Source: Alphaproteobacteria bacterium
GTDB taxonomy: Bacteria; Pseudomonadota; Alphaproteobacteria; UBA828; JAPUJA01
Reading direction: 5' to 3'
Assembly (NCBI GenBank): GCA_963694715.1
Contig: CAVOEB010000003.1
Coordinates: forward strand, 7,673-71,672
DNA: 64,000 nt
Part shown: positions 38,862-48,921 of the stretch, in pieces
Layout: each line of letters starts with the position of its first letter
Position numbering within the stretch: the first letter of the stretch is position 1
Notes under the pieces: generated by a model
What the model saw: the letters and a program-made list of their open reading frames with translations, nothing else
Told to the model about the DNA's origin: nothing
Databases searched by the model: none
Position numbers and translations under genes: made by a program

Positions 38862-40001
38862 ATGGATAGTCTGCTCCTCGTCGTCATTGTTCTTGCCCCC
38901 CTGCTTGTAGCGCTCGTGGGCTGGCTTGTGGTGAGCGCCCGGCGCACGCACGTCGACGACGACCGGCTCGCCGGCGAGATGGCGCGCCTGGTCGAGAGCT
39001 TGGAGGGCAGGCTCAAGCATATCTCCGAGACCCAGACCACTCAGCAGCAGGCGGTGTCCGAACGGCTGCACGCCCAGGAGCGCTTTCTCGACAAGGCGCT
39101 GGAAACCCGGCTCGGTGACATCACGAAGAAGGTCGGCGACGGGCTCGCCAATTCGCAAACCCGCACGCTTGAGACCATGGGCCGGCTCGAAGCCCGGCTC
39201 GCGGTGATCGACCGGGCGCAAGCCAACATCCGCGAGCTCGGCGTCCAGATGGTCGGCCTGCAGGATATCCTGTCGAACAAGCAGGCGCGCGGCGCGTTCG
39301 GCGAGATCGCGCTGAACGACCTGGTGCGCGACGCCCTGCCGCCCTCGGCCTACGATTTCCAGAAGACCCTGTCGAACGGGCGGCGCGCGGACTGCCTGCT
39401 GGTGCTGCCCGACCCGCCGGGTCCGATTGCGATCGATGCCAAGTTCCCGCTTGAAAGCTACCGCGCGCTTCACGAGGCGAAAGACGACGCGGCGCGCACT
39501 CAGGCAGCGCGCGCGTTTCGCGCCGCGCTCGGCGTTCATATCAAGGACATCGAGACGAAATACATCATCCCCGGCGAGACCGCGCCCTCGGCGCTGATGT
39601 TCCTGCCCAGCGAGGCGGTCTATGCGGAGCTTCATGCGAACTTCCCCGATATCGTCGAGGCCTCGCACCGGGCCAAGGTCTGGATTACCTCGCCGACCAC
39701 CCTGATGGCGACCCTGCTCACGGTCCGCGCGATCCTCAAGGACGCCCGGATGCACGAGCAGGCGGCGTTGATCCAGAAAGAGGTCATGATCCTGCTCAAG
39801 GACGTCGAACGGCTCTCGGGCCGGGTCGACAGCCTGCGCACTCACTTCGGCCAGGCAGGCAAGGATATCGACCAGATTGAAACCTCGGCCAAGAAAGTAC
39901 TCTCGCGCGGGCGCAAGATCGAAGAGGTCGAAATCCAGGACGACAACGCGGACGAGGTCGAGGCCGAAACCGGCCCCCGCCTGGTCACCGGTGGGGATTA
40001 G
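38862..40001 (+). CDS. rmuC: DNA recombination protein RmuC
   Basis: N-terminal TM helix, coiled-coil, conserved C-terminal RmuC domain (RADCLLVLPDP...IDAKFPLESY...MFLPSEAVY). Confidence 0.85.
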   Translation: MDSLLLVVIVLAPLLVALVGWLVVSARRTHVDDDRLAGEMARLVESLEGRLKHISETQTTQQQAVSERLHAQERFLDKALETRLGDITKKVGDGLANSQTRTLETMGRLEARLAVIDRAQANIRELGVQMVGLQDILSNKQARGAFGEIALNDLVRDALPPSAYDFQKTLSNGRRADCLLVLPDPPGPIAIDAKFPLESYRALHEAKDDAARTQAARAFRAALGVHIKDIETKYIIPGETAPSALMFLPSEAVYAELHANFPDIVEASHRAKVWITSPTTLMATLLTVRAILKDARMHEQAALIQKEVMILLKDVERLSGRVDSLRTHFGQAGKDIDQIETSAKKVLSRGRKIEEVEIQDDNADEVEAETGPRLVTGGD

Positions 40002-40019
40002 GAGTTTTTCCGCACGGCT

Positions 40020-40150
40020 TTACAGGGTACAGCCGGCCAGCGTTCAGTCGCCACTCAGGCTCACGCCGCCGGTCATTTTCGGGCCGACCGCCCTTAGCCA
40101 ACCCCGGCCCAGCGACCCGCACTTGCGGGCTTACGAATTCCGTGCTGTCG
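40020..40150. repeat. Intergenic repeat element (full copy)
   Basis: ctcaggctcacgccgccgg, core gggccgaccgcccttagccaaccccggccc (40081-40110), gcgggcttacgaattccg. Confidence 0.5.
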
Positions 40151-40159
40151 TGATTCGCG

Positions 40160-41050
40160 TCAGGCGCGCGCGCCTGCCTCGCTTAGCAGCCAGTCGCGAA
40201 AGCGGCGCACGCCCGGCACCGCGAGGCGCTCCTCCGGTGCTACGAGGTAATAGGCACTGGCCGACTTCGCGGCCATGGGGAAGGGCTTGATCAGCCGCCC
40301 CGCGGCTAGGTCGCGCGCCACCAGCACGCTGCGTGCCAGTGCCATACCCTGACCCTCCGCCGCGGCCTGAAGGGCCAGCGCTGAATCGCTGAAGTCGGGG
40401 CCAGGCACCGGGTCGACCGCGCTCTCGCCGGCCAGCTCCAGCCACAGCCGCCAGTCCTCGGGCCGCTCGTCATGGAGCAGGGTGTGCCGTGCGAGGTCAC
40501 CGGGTTCGGCCAGTGGCCGCTCGGGGGTGGCGAGGCCCGGCGCGCAGACCGGGAACAGGGTTTCGCGAGCCAACGGCTCGACGGCGAGGCCCGGCCAGTC
40601 GCCAGCACCCTCGCGGATCGCGAGATCGACCTCGTCGAACGCAAAATCGACCAGTGCGTCCGAGGCATAGAGCCAGACGTCGATGTCCGGTGCGCCCGCT
40701 CGAAAGCGTGCAAGGCGGGGCACCAGCCAGCAGCTCGCGAAGGCGTGGCTGGCGCTGACGATCAGCGAGCCCGGCTTCTTGTAGGAATCAAGCCGGCGGA
40801 CCCCGGTTTCCAGCCGGTCGAGCACTTCGCGCACAAGGCCGTAAAGTTCGAAGCCCGCGTCGGTGAGGGCGACCTGGCGGTTGCGACGAAAAAACAGGGG
40901 CTGGCCCAGGGACTCTTCGAGCGCCTTGACCTGATGGCTGATCGCCGATTGGGTCAGGTTGAGCGCCCGGGCGGCCTCGGAAAAATTCTCCGTGCGCGCA
41001 GCGGCTTCGAAACCGCGCAGGCTGCTCAGCGGCGGCAAACGTCGTTCCAT
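40160..41050 (-). CDS. LysR-family transcriptional regulator (GcvA-like)
   Basis: 296 aa. N-terminal HTH LSSLRGFEAAARTENFSEAARALNLTQSAISHQVKALE. Confidence 0.8.
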   Translation of the reverse strand: MERRLPPLSSLRGFEAAARTENFSEAARALNLTQSAISHQVKALEESLGQPLFFRRNRQVALTDAGFELYGLVREVLDRLETGVRRLDSYKKPGSLIVSASHAFASCWLVPRLARFRAGAPDIDVWLYASDALVDFAFDEVDLAIREGAGDWPGLAVEPLARETLFPVCAPGLATPERPLAEPGDLARHTLLHDERPEDWRLWLELAGESAVDPVPGPDFSDSALALQAAAEGQGMALARSVLVARDLAAGRLIKPFPMAAKSASAYYLVAPEERLAVPGVRRFRDWLLSEAGARA

Positions 41051-41228
41051 CCCGGAATTCTAGCCTATAGATTAAATTTATTCATTAATTTGATTTGGAC
41101 GATTCGTTTGAATTTGACGACATAGTTGTCTGAAAATAAGGAGATATATATGTTATCAGAGATATACGATATATGAAAAAAATAGTTATATGCAGTGGAC
41201 TGAACTCTTTTCGATCTGGAGGTTTGCC
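41051..41228. promoter_or_regulatory. Strikingly AT-rich divergent intergenic region with a consensus-SD mini-ORF (MLSEIYDI, 41150-41176)
   Basis: About 25% GC in a 67% GC genome. aaataAGGAGatatatATG is a near-textbook RBS and spacing followed by an 8-codon ORF. It lies between a LysR gene and a downstream gene with its own ggagg RBS (ATG 41229). Confidence 0.4.
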
Positions 41229-41649
41229 ATGGCTTGCCCGACTCTCCGCCACGTCTTGTCTGGAATCGCCGCGTTGAGCGCCGGGGTTGCCGGTGCTGGC
41301 GCGACCCTTCCGCTCAGCCGTGCTCTCGCGGTTCGAGGCGGCGTTGCCCGAGGTGGCGCTGGTCGAGATTTCCGATACTCCTACCGACCGGATGTGGCGG
41401 GGCTGGCCCTCGGCCGCGGGGATTTACGCCAACGGCTTCGCCACGCCGTACAGTTTCCTCCTGTCGGTCTACGACATAGAGGCGGGCGCCGCTGCCGTGG
41501 CCGCGCTCGATGCGCTTACCGATAAGCCCGTTATCCCGGTGCCCTGCGCGGGCGTCGCCCATATGGGCGGTGCGCCGCGCTGCCTGACCTGGGTGCTGAG
41601 CGGCGCCCCGGCGGCGCATTTGCTCGCCTATCAGCGCAAGCTGCACTAA
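41229..41649 (+). CDS. Hypothetical protein; signal-peptide-like N-terminus in one frame, conserved-looking body in the +1 frame (possible frameshift)
   Basis: ATG 41229 with a ggagg RBS gives MACPTLRHVLSGIAALSAGVAGAGA. The protein-like remainder (RFEAALPEVALVEISDTPTD...VIPVPCAGVAHMGGAPRCLTWVLSGAPAAHLLAYQRKLH) is in frame 1 from about 41290. Confidence 0.35.
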
Positions 41650-42189
41650 GTCGCGGAGCCCTGGGCCTCGGGCCCCATCCACAAGCCGTACGCGAAGGCG
41701 TCGTCGAGCGGCGTGTGGGCCAGGTGGTTGGCGTAGCTCGTGATGGTCTTGATGGCGATCTCGGCAACGATCTGGAGCATCTGGCTCTTGTCGTAACCGG
41801 CGGCAAAAAAAGGCGTCGACGTTCTCCGGCTCGGGCCAGCCCCGGCTTACCACCATGTCGCGGGCTAGGTCGCGCAGCGCGTCGAGTTTGGCGTTGCCCA
41901 ATCGGCGGTTCTCGCGCATCGCCAAAATCACGTCGTCGGGCACGCCGTCCATCTGGGCCGACACCGTGTGGGCCGCCATGCAATAGGTGCAGTTGTTTTC
42001 CACATTGGCTGCCATTTGGACGATTTCGCGCTCGGTGTGATCGAGCCGGGTCTGCTCGTCGATCGCGCCTTCGAGATGCCAGTAGTCGTTAAGCAGGGCG
42101 GGCGATTCGGCCATCACCCAGACCACGTTGGGCACCATGCCCCAGCCCTCCGCGATCTCATCAAACGTGGCTTTCGAGGCCTCGGGCAC
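41647..42189 (-). pseudogene. Carboxymuconolactone-decarboxylase-family (AhpD-like) protein with a frameshift in an A7/T7 homopolymer
   Basis: The N-terminal 130 aa are a clear CMD/AhpD fold (NCTYCMAAHT). After the run of 7 A at 41805-41811 the frame breaks. Removing one base restores ...VDAFFAAGYDKSQMLQIVAEIAIKTITSYANHLAHTPLDDAFAYGLWMGPEAQGSAT*. The stop overlaps the stop of the convergent gene. Confidence 0.5.
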
Positions 42190-42310
42190 AGTCTCGGCGG
42201 TGTGCAGGTCGAATTTGGTCCTAGCGGGCTCCTTTGCAACGACTACGCAGGAAAGAACAGATGGCGGTCTATCGGCGAGGCGTCAAATCACAAGCCTGTT
42301 AACGGGCGGG

Positions 42311-42907
42311 TCAGGACGCGGGGCGGCGCGCATTGAGTGCGGCTTCCAGCGTACCGTCGTCGAGGTAGTCGAGCTCGCCGCCCATGGGCACGCCCTGGGC
42401 GAGGCGGGTGATCGCGACCCCGCACCCGGCCAACCGGTCGGCCAGGTAGTGGGCGGTGGTCTGGCCGTCGACCGTGGTACCGAGCGCCAGGATCACCTCG
42501 TGCACGGCCTCGCTTTGCGCCCGGCGCAGCAGGCCTGAGACATGGAGATCGTCGGGCCCGACGCCGTCGAGCGCCGAGAGGGTGCCGCCCAGCACATGGT
42601 AGAGCCCGCAAAAGGCGCCCGAGCGCTCCAGCGCCCAGAGGTCCGCGACTTCCTCGACGACGCAGATCAGGCTGCGGTCGCGGGTCTCGTCGCGGCACAC
42701 GGCACACGGCGCCACGGTGTCGAGGTTGCCGCATTTGGCACAGTTTGCGATGTTATCGGCCGCGGCGCGTAGCGCCTCGATAAGGGGCACCATCAGAACT
42801 TCGCGGCGCTTGAGCAGGGCCAGCGTTGCGCGCCGGGCCGAGCGTGGGCCAAGCCCGGGGAGCTTGGCGAGCCGCGCGATCAGCTGATCGATTTCTGCTC
42901 CGGCCAT
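42311..42907 (-). CDS. recR: Recombination protein RecR
   Basis: 198 aa. C4 zinc finger [16 protein letters not shown] and Toprim domain. Confidence 0.9.
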   Translation of the reverse strand: MAGAEIDQLIARLAKLPGLGPRSARRATLALLKRREVLMVPLIEALRAAADNIANCAKCGNLDTVAPCAVCRDETRDRSLICVVEEVADLWALERSGAFCGLYHVLGGTLSALDGVGPDDLHVSGLLRRAQSEAVHEVILALGTTVDGQTTAHYLADRLAGCGVAITRLAQGVPMGGELDYLDDGTLEAALNARRPAS

Positions 42908-42920
42908 GACGGCCAGGCAC

Positions 42921-43244
42921 TCAGAAGGGGAGTTTCATGCCGGGGGGAAGCTGCAGGCCGCCGGTCAATTTTGCCATCTCCTCGGCGATCTGGGCCTCGA
43001 CCTTGGCCTTCGCGTCGTTGAAGCCGGCGACGATCAGGTCTTCCATCACCTCGATCTCGTCGGCATCGACCAACGAGGGGTCGATCTTGATGTGACGCAT
43101 CTCGCCCTTGCCGTTAAGCGTGACCACCACCATGCCGCCCGCGGCGGCGCCGCTGACTTCGAGATCGCCCAGCTTATCCTGCATTTCGGCCATCTTGGTC
43201 TGCATCTCCTGGGCCTGCTTCATCATCTGGCCGAGATTTTTCAT
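42921..43244 (-). CDS. ybaB: Nucleoid-associated protein YbaB/EbfC
   Basis: 107 aa. [25 protein letters not shown]... Confidence 0.9.
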   Translation of the reverse strand: MKNLGQMMKQAQEMQTKMAEMQDKLGDLEVSGAAAGGMVVVTLNGKGEMRHIKIDPSLVDADEIEVMEDLIVAGFNDAKAKVEAQIAEEMAKLTGGLQLPPGMKLPF

Positions 43245-44983
43245 GGGTTCTCGTCTCCCTCTGGAACGGATTCGGGTTCGGGCGCCGCCGGCGGGGCGGG
43301 CTCGCGAAAATCGCTCAGCTCGGCGTCGGGAAAGACCGCGAGCACCGCACTGACCGCCGGCGTCTCGCGGGCCTCGGCGAGACGTGCGGTGCGTTTCATC
43401 GCGGCCTGCTCGGTGACGGTCGGCTCGCCCGGAGCATCGGAGAAGACCGTCACCCAGCGCGTTTTCGTCCAGCGGCTGAGCAGGTCGCCCAACTGGCTGA
43501 TGGTCGCCGAATCGCCGTCCTCGGCGACGCGCAACCCAATCCGGCCGGGCTCGAAACCGACCAGATGGGCGAAGCCCTCAAGTTGGGATAGCAGTACCAT
43601 CTCGCGGTGCTGCTCGACCAGGGCTAGTACGGCGGCAAAGCTTTCAGGGCCTGCTTGCCGCGCGCTTGGCGCAGGCGCTAGTTCCGGTTCGGGCGCCAGT
43701 TCGGGCGCCGTCGCGAGGGCGGCGCGCGGCGCCTCCTCGGCGGGCGGGCCTGGCTGCGGCTCGGGGTGGCTCGGCGGTGGCGGGGCGGCATCGGCCGGCG
43801 GGGCCGGTGCGGTGCCCTCGAGGGCGCCGATCGCCTCCGCCGGGGTCGGCAGCTCAGCGACATAGGCCAGGCGCAACAGCGCCATCTCGAGCGCGGCCAG
43901 CGGCTCGGGTGCTGCGCGGGTCTCACCCAGCCCCTTGAGCAGCATCTGCCAGGTCCGGGCCAACACCGGAAAGGACAGCGCAACCGCCATCTCGGCACCG
44001 CGCACCCGCTCGGTCTCGGCGTGGTTGATCTCATCGCCCGCGTCGGGCGCGATCTTGAGCCGGGTCAACCAGTGGGTCAGCTCAAGCAGGTCCGAGAGCA
44101 CCACCAACGGGTCGGCTCCGGCGGCGTAGAGGCCGCCCGTCTGGGCCATGGCGTCGTCGACGGCGCCCCGCATCAGGGCATCGAACAGGTCGAAGATACG
44201 CGCCCGGTCGGCAAGCCCCAGCATGTCGCGCACGGCGGCTTCCTTGACCTCGCCCGCGCCGTGGACGATCGCCTGGTCGAGCAGCGAGAGGCCGTCGCGC
44301 ACCGAGCCGTCGGCGGCCCGTGCAATCAGGCGCAGTGCGCCGTCCTCGACCTTGACGTCTTCGCGCACTGCCAGCGCGGAGAAATGGGTCACGAGTATTG
44401 CCATATCGACCCGGCGCAGGTCGAAACGCTGGCAACGCGAAAGCACGGTGACGGGCAGCTTGCGGATCTCGGTGGTGGCGAAGACGAACTTCACGTGGGG
44501 CGGCGGTTCTTCGAGGGTTTTGAGCAGGGCATTGAATGCCGCGCCCGAGAGCATGTGGACCTCATCGATGATGTAGACCTTGTAGCGCGCGCTGGTCGGG
44601 CGGTAGCGCACGCCGTCGATCAGCTCGCGGATATCGGCAACCCCGGTGCGGCTGGCCGCGTCCATCTCGATGACGTCGATATGGCGGTCTCCGGCGATCG
44701 CGGTGCAGTGTTCGCATTCCCCGCAAGGCGTCGGTGTCGGGGCGCCCTCGCCGTCCGGGCCGACGCAGTTAAGCGCGCGCGCGATGATCCGTGCCGTGGT
44801 GGTTTTACCCACGCCGCGCACGCCGGTGAGCAGAAAGGCATGGGCCAGGCGGCCGCTCGCGATGGCGTTGGTCAGCGTGCGCACCAACGCCTGCTGGCCG
44901 ATCAGCTCGTCGAACGTCGTCGGCCGGTATTTGCGGGCGAGAACACGGTAGCTTTCGTCGGCAGCTTCGCTCAATCGGCTCAC
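43241..44983 (-). CDS. dnaX: DNA polymerase III subunit gamma/tau
   Basis: 580 aa. Walker A GVRGVGKTTTARIIA, zinc module CGECEHC. dnaX-ybaB-recR order. Confidence 0.9.
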   Translation of the reverse strand: MSRLSEAADESYRVLARKYRPTTFDELIGQQALVRTLTNAIASGRLAHAFLLTGVRGVGKTTTARIIARALNCVGPDGEGAPTPTPCGECEHCTAIAGDRHIDVIEMDAASRTGVADIRELIDGVRYRPTSARYKVYIIDEVHMLSGAAFNALLKTLEEPPPHVKFVFATTEIRKLPVTVLSRCQRFDLRRVDMAILVTHFSALAVREDVKVEDGALRLIARAADGSVRDGLSLLDQAIVHGAGEVKEAAVRDMLGLADRARIFDLFDALMRGAVDDAMAQTGGLYAAGADPLVVLSDLLELTHWLTRLKIAPDAGDEINHAETERVRGAEMAVALSFPVLARTWQMLLKGLGETRAAPEPLAALEMALLRLAYVAELPTPAEAIGALEGTAPAPPADAAPPPPSHPEPQPGPPAEEAPRAALATAPELAPEPELAPAPSARQAGPESFAAVLALVEQHREMVLLSQLEGFAHLVGFEPGRIGLRVAEDGDSATISQLGDLLSRWTKTRWVTVFSDAPGEPTVTEQAAMKRTARLAEARETPAVSAVLAVFPDAELSDFREPAPPAAPEPESVPEGDENP

Positions 44984-45042
44984 GGAGATCTCGCTGAGGC
45001 TCTTAATATGTTGGCGCTGGATCGGGCGGCGGCGTCACCGGG

Positions 45043-45139
45043 TGGGAGGCTGGAACAACGACCCGGCTCGAAACTCGTTACGGCTGCTTCCTTCCGGATC
45101 TGACCGGATTGGCGAGGTAGCCGTCCGTCGCCAACCTCC
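45043..45139 (-). ncRNA. ffs: Signal recognition particle RNA (4.5S, ffs)
   Basis: The minus strand carries ggtcagatccggaaggaagcagcc (plus 45081-45104 reverse-complemented), the conserved domain-IV SRP54-binding motif. The termini gggagg...cctccc are complementary. It sits in the canonical position immediately upstream of dnaX. Confidence 0.7.
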
Positions 45140-45243
45140 CGCAACCAATATCGGCCCTGGAGCCTGCGCGTGCAACCCCCACGGCGCCGTTATGCCGCCC
45201 GCGCGCGATTGCCCAGCCGGCCGGGCTGTGGCAGGGTCTCGCC

Positions 45244-46203
45244 ATGAGCGAGAATGTCTATGCGGATGCCGGCTTCGACCGGGCGACCCATCGGCGCCGC
45301 GACGGCGACTGGATTGCGGCTCGCCTGGCAGATCCGGCGACCCGCTTCGTCGTGGTGTGGCGCAGCCGCAACCTGGTTGTGACCGGGGAGGCACCACACG
45401 CCGTCCTGCTTGGCCACCGCGCCCTCGAGGCTGGGCTCGACGACCTCGCCACCCGGCTAGGCGAGGCGGTGGTGCTGGGCAGTCACGACGCGGCGGTCTA
45501 TTTCGCGCTCGATCTGTCCGACCTCGCCGGAGATGCGGCAGCCGGGCTCGCGCCCGAGGCCGAATTCGTCGATCTGCGCCATGTCGGCGCGGTGCTGCCC
45601 GCGGTCGAATCGGGCCTGCTCGCCTACGCGCGGGGTATCCTCTACTGGCATCGCAACCATCATTTCTGCGGCCATTGCGGCGCGCCCACCGAAGCGCGCG
45701 AGGCCGGTCATATGCGGGCTTGCACCGACGCGGCCTGCGCCAAGCTCCATTTCCCGCGCACCGACCCGGCGGTGATCATGGCGATCACCCGGGATGAACG
45801 GGTCCTGCTCGGGCGCCAGAAGGACTGGGCGGAGGGGCTCTATTCGACCCTCGCCGGCTTCGTCGAGCCGGGCGAAAGCCTCGAGGACGCGGTCCGCCGC
45901 GAGGTCCTGGAGGAGGCGGGGGTCATAGTCGGCTGGGTCGCCTATCATTCCTCCCAGCCTTGGCCGTTTCCCGCCTCGCTGATGATCGGCTTTGTCGGCG
46001 AGGCCGAGAGCGAGGTCATCGACATCGCCACGGACGAGCTTGAAGACGCCCGCTGGTTCACCCGCGACGAGCTTGCGGCGGCGGGCAACTGGCTGCTCGG
46101 GCGCGAGCTCTCGGAGGCAGGCGACGGCAGCTTGCGCTTGCCCAACGAGGATTCCATCTCGCGCCGGCTGATCGACGACTGGCGGGTTGGGCTAACGCCC
46201 TAG
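45244..46203 (+). CDS. nudC: NAD+ diphosphatase (Nudix, NudC-like, with zinc ribbon)
   Basis: 319 aa. CGHCGAPTEAREAGHMRACTDAAC zinc ribbon and Nudix box GFVEPGESLEDAVRREVLEEAG. Confidence 0.8.
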   Translation: MSENVYADAGFDRATHRRRDGDWIAARLADPATRFVVVWRSRNLVVTGEAPHAVLLGHRALEAGLDDLATRLGEAVVLGSHDAAVYFALDLSDLAGDAAAGLAPEAEFVDLRHVGAVLPAVESGLLAYARGILYWHRNHHFCGHCGAPTEAREAGHMRACTDAACAKLHFPRTDPAVIMAITRDERVLLGRQKDWAEGLYSTLAGFVEPGESLEDAVRREVLEEAGVIVGWVAYHSSQPWPFPASLMIGFVGEAESEVIDIATDELEDARWFTRDELAAAGNWLLGRELSEAGDGSLRLPNEDSISRRLIDDWRVGLTP

Positions 46204-46282
46204 CCGATTTTTTCGCTCGCGGTAGCGGCCCCGGCGGTTCGCAGTCACAGCCTAAAGGAATCCCGGACGATCTTGAACCGCT

Positions 46283-47137
46283 CTAGTTTTCCTTGCGGAA
46301 CAGATTTTTTGGGTAGACCCCGAGGATCGAAACCGAGCGCGAAAAGAACTCGAGCTCCTCGAAGGCGAGCTTGACGTTGGCCTGTTCGGGATGGCCCTCG
46401 ATCTCGGCGTAGAACAGGGTCGAGGTGAACGACGCGTCGAGCATGTAGCTCTCGAGGCGTAGCATGTTTACGCCGTTCGAGGCAAAGCCGCCCAGAACCT
46501 TGTAGAGCGCCGCGGGCACGTTGCGCACCTGGAAGGCGAAGCTGGTCATGACGGCGTCATCCCCGGGCGCGGGCCGGCTCGGCTCAGCTGCCATCACGAC
46601 GAAGCGGGTGGTGTTGTGTTCCGCGTCCTCGATGTTGGGTTTCAGGATCTCGAGGTCGTAGATTTCGGCGGCCAAGCTCGAGGCGATCGCCGCCTGGCTC
46701 GGATCGCCTGCGGCCGCCACGTCGGCCGCCGCGCCTGCGGTGTCGGCATGGACCTCGGCCTTGAGGCCCAGCTCGGCGATCAGGGTGCGGCACTGGCCCA
46801 GAGCGTGGACGTGGGAATGAACGTGCGTCAGCCCGTCCGGGGTCGCACCCTTTGGCGCCAGCAGATTGTGTTCCACCCGCTGGAAATACTCGGCGATGAT
46901 GTGCAGGCCCGAATTGGGCAGGTAGTGGTGGATGTCGGCGACCCGCCCAGCAAGCGAATTCTCGATCGGGATCATGGCCAGGCCCGCATGGCCCTCGCGC
47001 ACCGCCGCGAAGACGTCGGCGAAGGTCTCGCAGGGAAGCGTGGTCAGGGCCGGAAATACCTCGCGGCAGCACAGATCCGAATAGGCTCCGAGCGCGCCCT
47101 GGAAGGCGACGGTGGTGGCGGGATCGGGTGGGGCCAT
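46283..47137 (-). CDS. pheA: Prephenate dehydratase
   Basis: Start MAPPDPATTVAFQGALGAYSD, PDT domain plus C-terminal ACT domain (ESRP..). The track ORF extension to 47617 was rejected. Confidence 0.8.
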   Translation of the reverse strand: MAPPDPATTVAFQGALGAYSDLCCREVFPALTTLPCETFADVFAAVREGHAGLAMIPIENSLAGRVADIHHYLPNSGLHIIAEYFQRVEHNLLAPKGATPDGLTHVHSHVHALGQCRTLIAELGLKAEVHADTAGAAADVAAAGDPSQAAIASSLAAEIYDLEILKPNIEDAEHNTTRFVVMAAEPSRPAPGDDAVMTSFAFQVRNVPAALYKVLGGFASNGVNMLRLESYMLDASFTSTLFYAEIEGHPEQANVKLAFEELEFFSRSVSILGVYPKNLFRKEN

Positions 47138-47150
47138 GGGGTGGCGCTCG

Positions 47151-47909
47151 CTAGCCTGTGGGGGGTGCGTCGCCGAGCAAAGCGCGGGCGCGAGCGAGGT
47201 CAGCGGGAGTATCGACACCCAGCGGAACCGTGTCAACGAAGGCGACGTCGATGCGCAGGCCCGCTTCGAGCGCGCGCAGCTGTTCGAGGCGCTCGCGCTG
47301 CTCGAGCGGGCTGGGCGGCAGGCCCACGAAACGCGCCAGCGCCGCGCGTCGGTAGGCATAGAGCCCGATATGGTGCCACAACGGACCCTCGCCCGAGGGC
47401 GCGGTAGCTCGGGTGAAGTAGAGTGCCCGGCCCCGGCCAGCTTCGGGCGCGGCCGAAACCACCGCCTTGACCACGTTCGGGTTGTCCCGTTCGCCCTCAT
47501 AGGTGATCGCCGCGGCCAGCGTGCCGATCGCGACGTCGTCGTCATCGAGCAGGGCGAGCGCCGCGCGGGGCAGTGCCGGATCGAGGGTTGGCAGATCGCC
47601 CTGTAGGTTGATGACACCGTCGTAAGCGCCCTCGGGGTCGATCGCGTCGAGCGCCTCGAAGATGCGGTCGGAGCCCGAGGCGTGGTCGGGCCGCGTGGTT
47701 ACCGCCGTGCCGCCCGCCGCCTCGACCGCGGCGACGATTCGCGCGTCGTCCGCGGCGACCACCACCGGGCCGAGCCCGGCCTCACACGCCCGGCGCCAGA
47801 CATGAACGATCATGGCTTCGCCGGCGATCTCGGCGAGCGGCTTGTCGGGCAGCCGGGTGGCGGCCAGCCGTGCCGGGATCACGGTAACGGGATTGGCCGG
47901 CACGCTCAC
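47151..47909 (-). CDS. kdsB: 3-deoxy-manno-octulosonate cytidylyltransferase
   Basis: [17 protein letters not shown]-terminal motif. Start is uncertain (GTG about 47909 or TTG 47933). Confidence 0.8.
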   Translation of the reverse strand: MSVPANPVTVIPARLAATRLPDKPLAEIAGEAMIVHVWRRACEAGLGPVVVAADDARIVAAVEAAGGTAVTTRPDHASGSDRIFEALDAIDPEGAYDGVINLQGDLPTLDPALPRAALALLDDDDVAIGTLAAAITYEGERDNPNVVKAVVSAAPEAGRGRALYFTRATAPSGEGPLWHHIGLYAYRRAALARFVGLPPSPLEQRERLEQLRALEAGLRIDVAFVDTVPLGVDTPADLARARALLGDAPPTG

Positions 47910-48047
47910 CGTACCGGCCCCAAATGGCTGCAATTTCTCAACGCCGGGCGCCTCCTGGACACTTCCCTTATAGGGGTTGGACAGGGTCCGGGGAAGGGTC
48001 TAATCTCCCGCTCGTCTGGCAACAGCCCGAAGCGCGGAAGCCCGCCC

Positions 48048-48614
48048 ATGGACACCTTTACGCTGAACAAAATCGCTGGAGCCGTTCTCGGCACGCTGCT
48101 GATCGTGATAGGCTCGATGATCATTTCTCGGATGATCTACGAACCCCACGAGGCGGCGAGCGAGCACGGGGCGGAGCACGCGGTGGCCGACGACGGCGGC
48201 GCGTCCCACGACATGGCAGACGAGGCTATGGATATGGCAATGGACGCTGCCGAGGCCATAAGCCTGGGCGCCCTGATCGCCGCCGCCGACGCGGATGCGG
48301 GCAAGAAGGTCGCCAAGAAGTGTGGCGCGTGTCACAGCTTCGAGGAGGGCGGCGCCAACAAGATCGGGCCCAACCTGTGGGATATCGTCGGCCGACCTGT
48401 GGCCAGCGCCGCGGACTTCGGCTATTCCAACGCCATGGCCGCGATGGGCGGCAGCTGGGATTTTGCCGGGCTCGAAGCGTTCGTGGCTGACCCTAAGGCC
48501 ACCGTGCCGGGAACCAAGATGAGCTTTGCCGGGGTCAAGAAGCCCGGCCAGCGTGCCGACCTGCTGGCTTACTTGCGCAGCCTGAGCGTCGCGCCGGCAG
48601 CACTTCCCGAATAA
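48048..48614 (+). CDS. Membrane-anchored class-I cytochrome c (CycM-like)
   Basis: ATG 48048. N-terminal TM anchor and CGACH heme-binding motif. The track ORF start at 47682 was rejected. Confidence 0.7.
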   Translation: MDTFTLNKIAGAVLGTLLIVIGSMIISRMIYEPHEAASEHGAEHAVADDGGASHDMADEAMDMAMDAAEAISLGALIAAADADAGKKVAKKCGACHSFEEGGANKIGPNLWDIVGRPVASAADFGYSNAMAAMGGSWDFAGLEAFVADPKATVPGTKMSFAGVKKPGQRADLLAYLRSLSVAPAALPE

Positions 48615-48640
48615 TCCGCGAGCTTAATTGACCGGTTCGA

Positions 48641-48880
48641 TCAGACGCCCAGTTCGGTCAGTCGATCAAGCGCGGCATCGATCTCGTCCTCGCCCACGGT
48701 CAGGCGCACCACGCGCCCCGCAGCCGCCAGCCGCTTGACCAGGCGGAGCAGCGCCAAGAGCTCGCGATGGGGCGAGATCATCTCGGGCAGCATCCGGTTA
48801 TAAGCCTCGCGTTCCGGTAGCGGGGCGAGGCGCGCGCTCGGCTCGGCGTTGCGCCGGACCAACTCGACCAGCGCGCGCAC
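48641..48880 (-). pseudogene. Possible remnant of an aminotransferase C-terminus
   Basis: A 79-aa ORF ending ...GRVVRLTVGEDEIDAALDRLTELGV resembles the extreme C-terminus of class-I/II aminotransferases. It abuts a perfect palindrome. Weak evidence. Confidence 0.25.
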
Positions 48881-48921
48881 CGCCGTATCTAAACCGTCGC
48901 GCGCGACGGTTTAGATACGGC
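48878..48921. repeat. Perfect 44-bp palindrome ccgccgtatctaaaccgtcgcg|cgcgacggtttagatacggcgg
   Basis: Read directly from sequence: the two 22-nt arms are exact reverse complements with no spacer. Confidence 0.8.
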
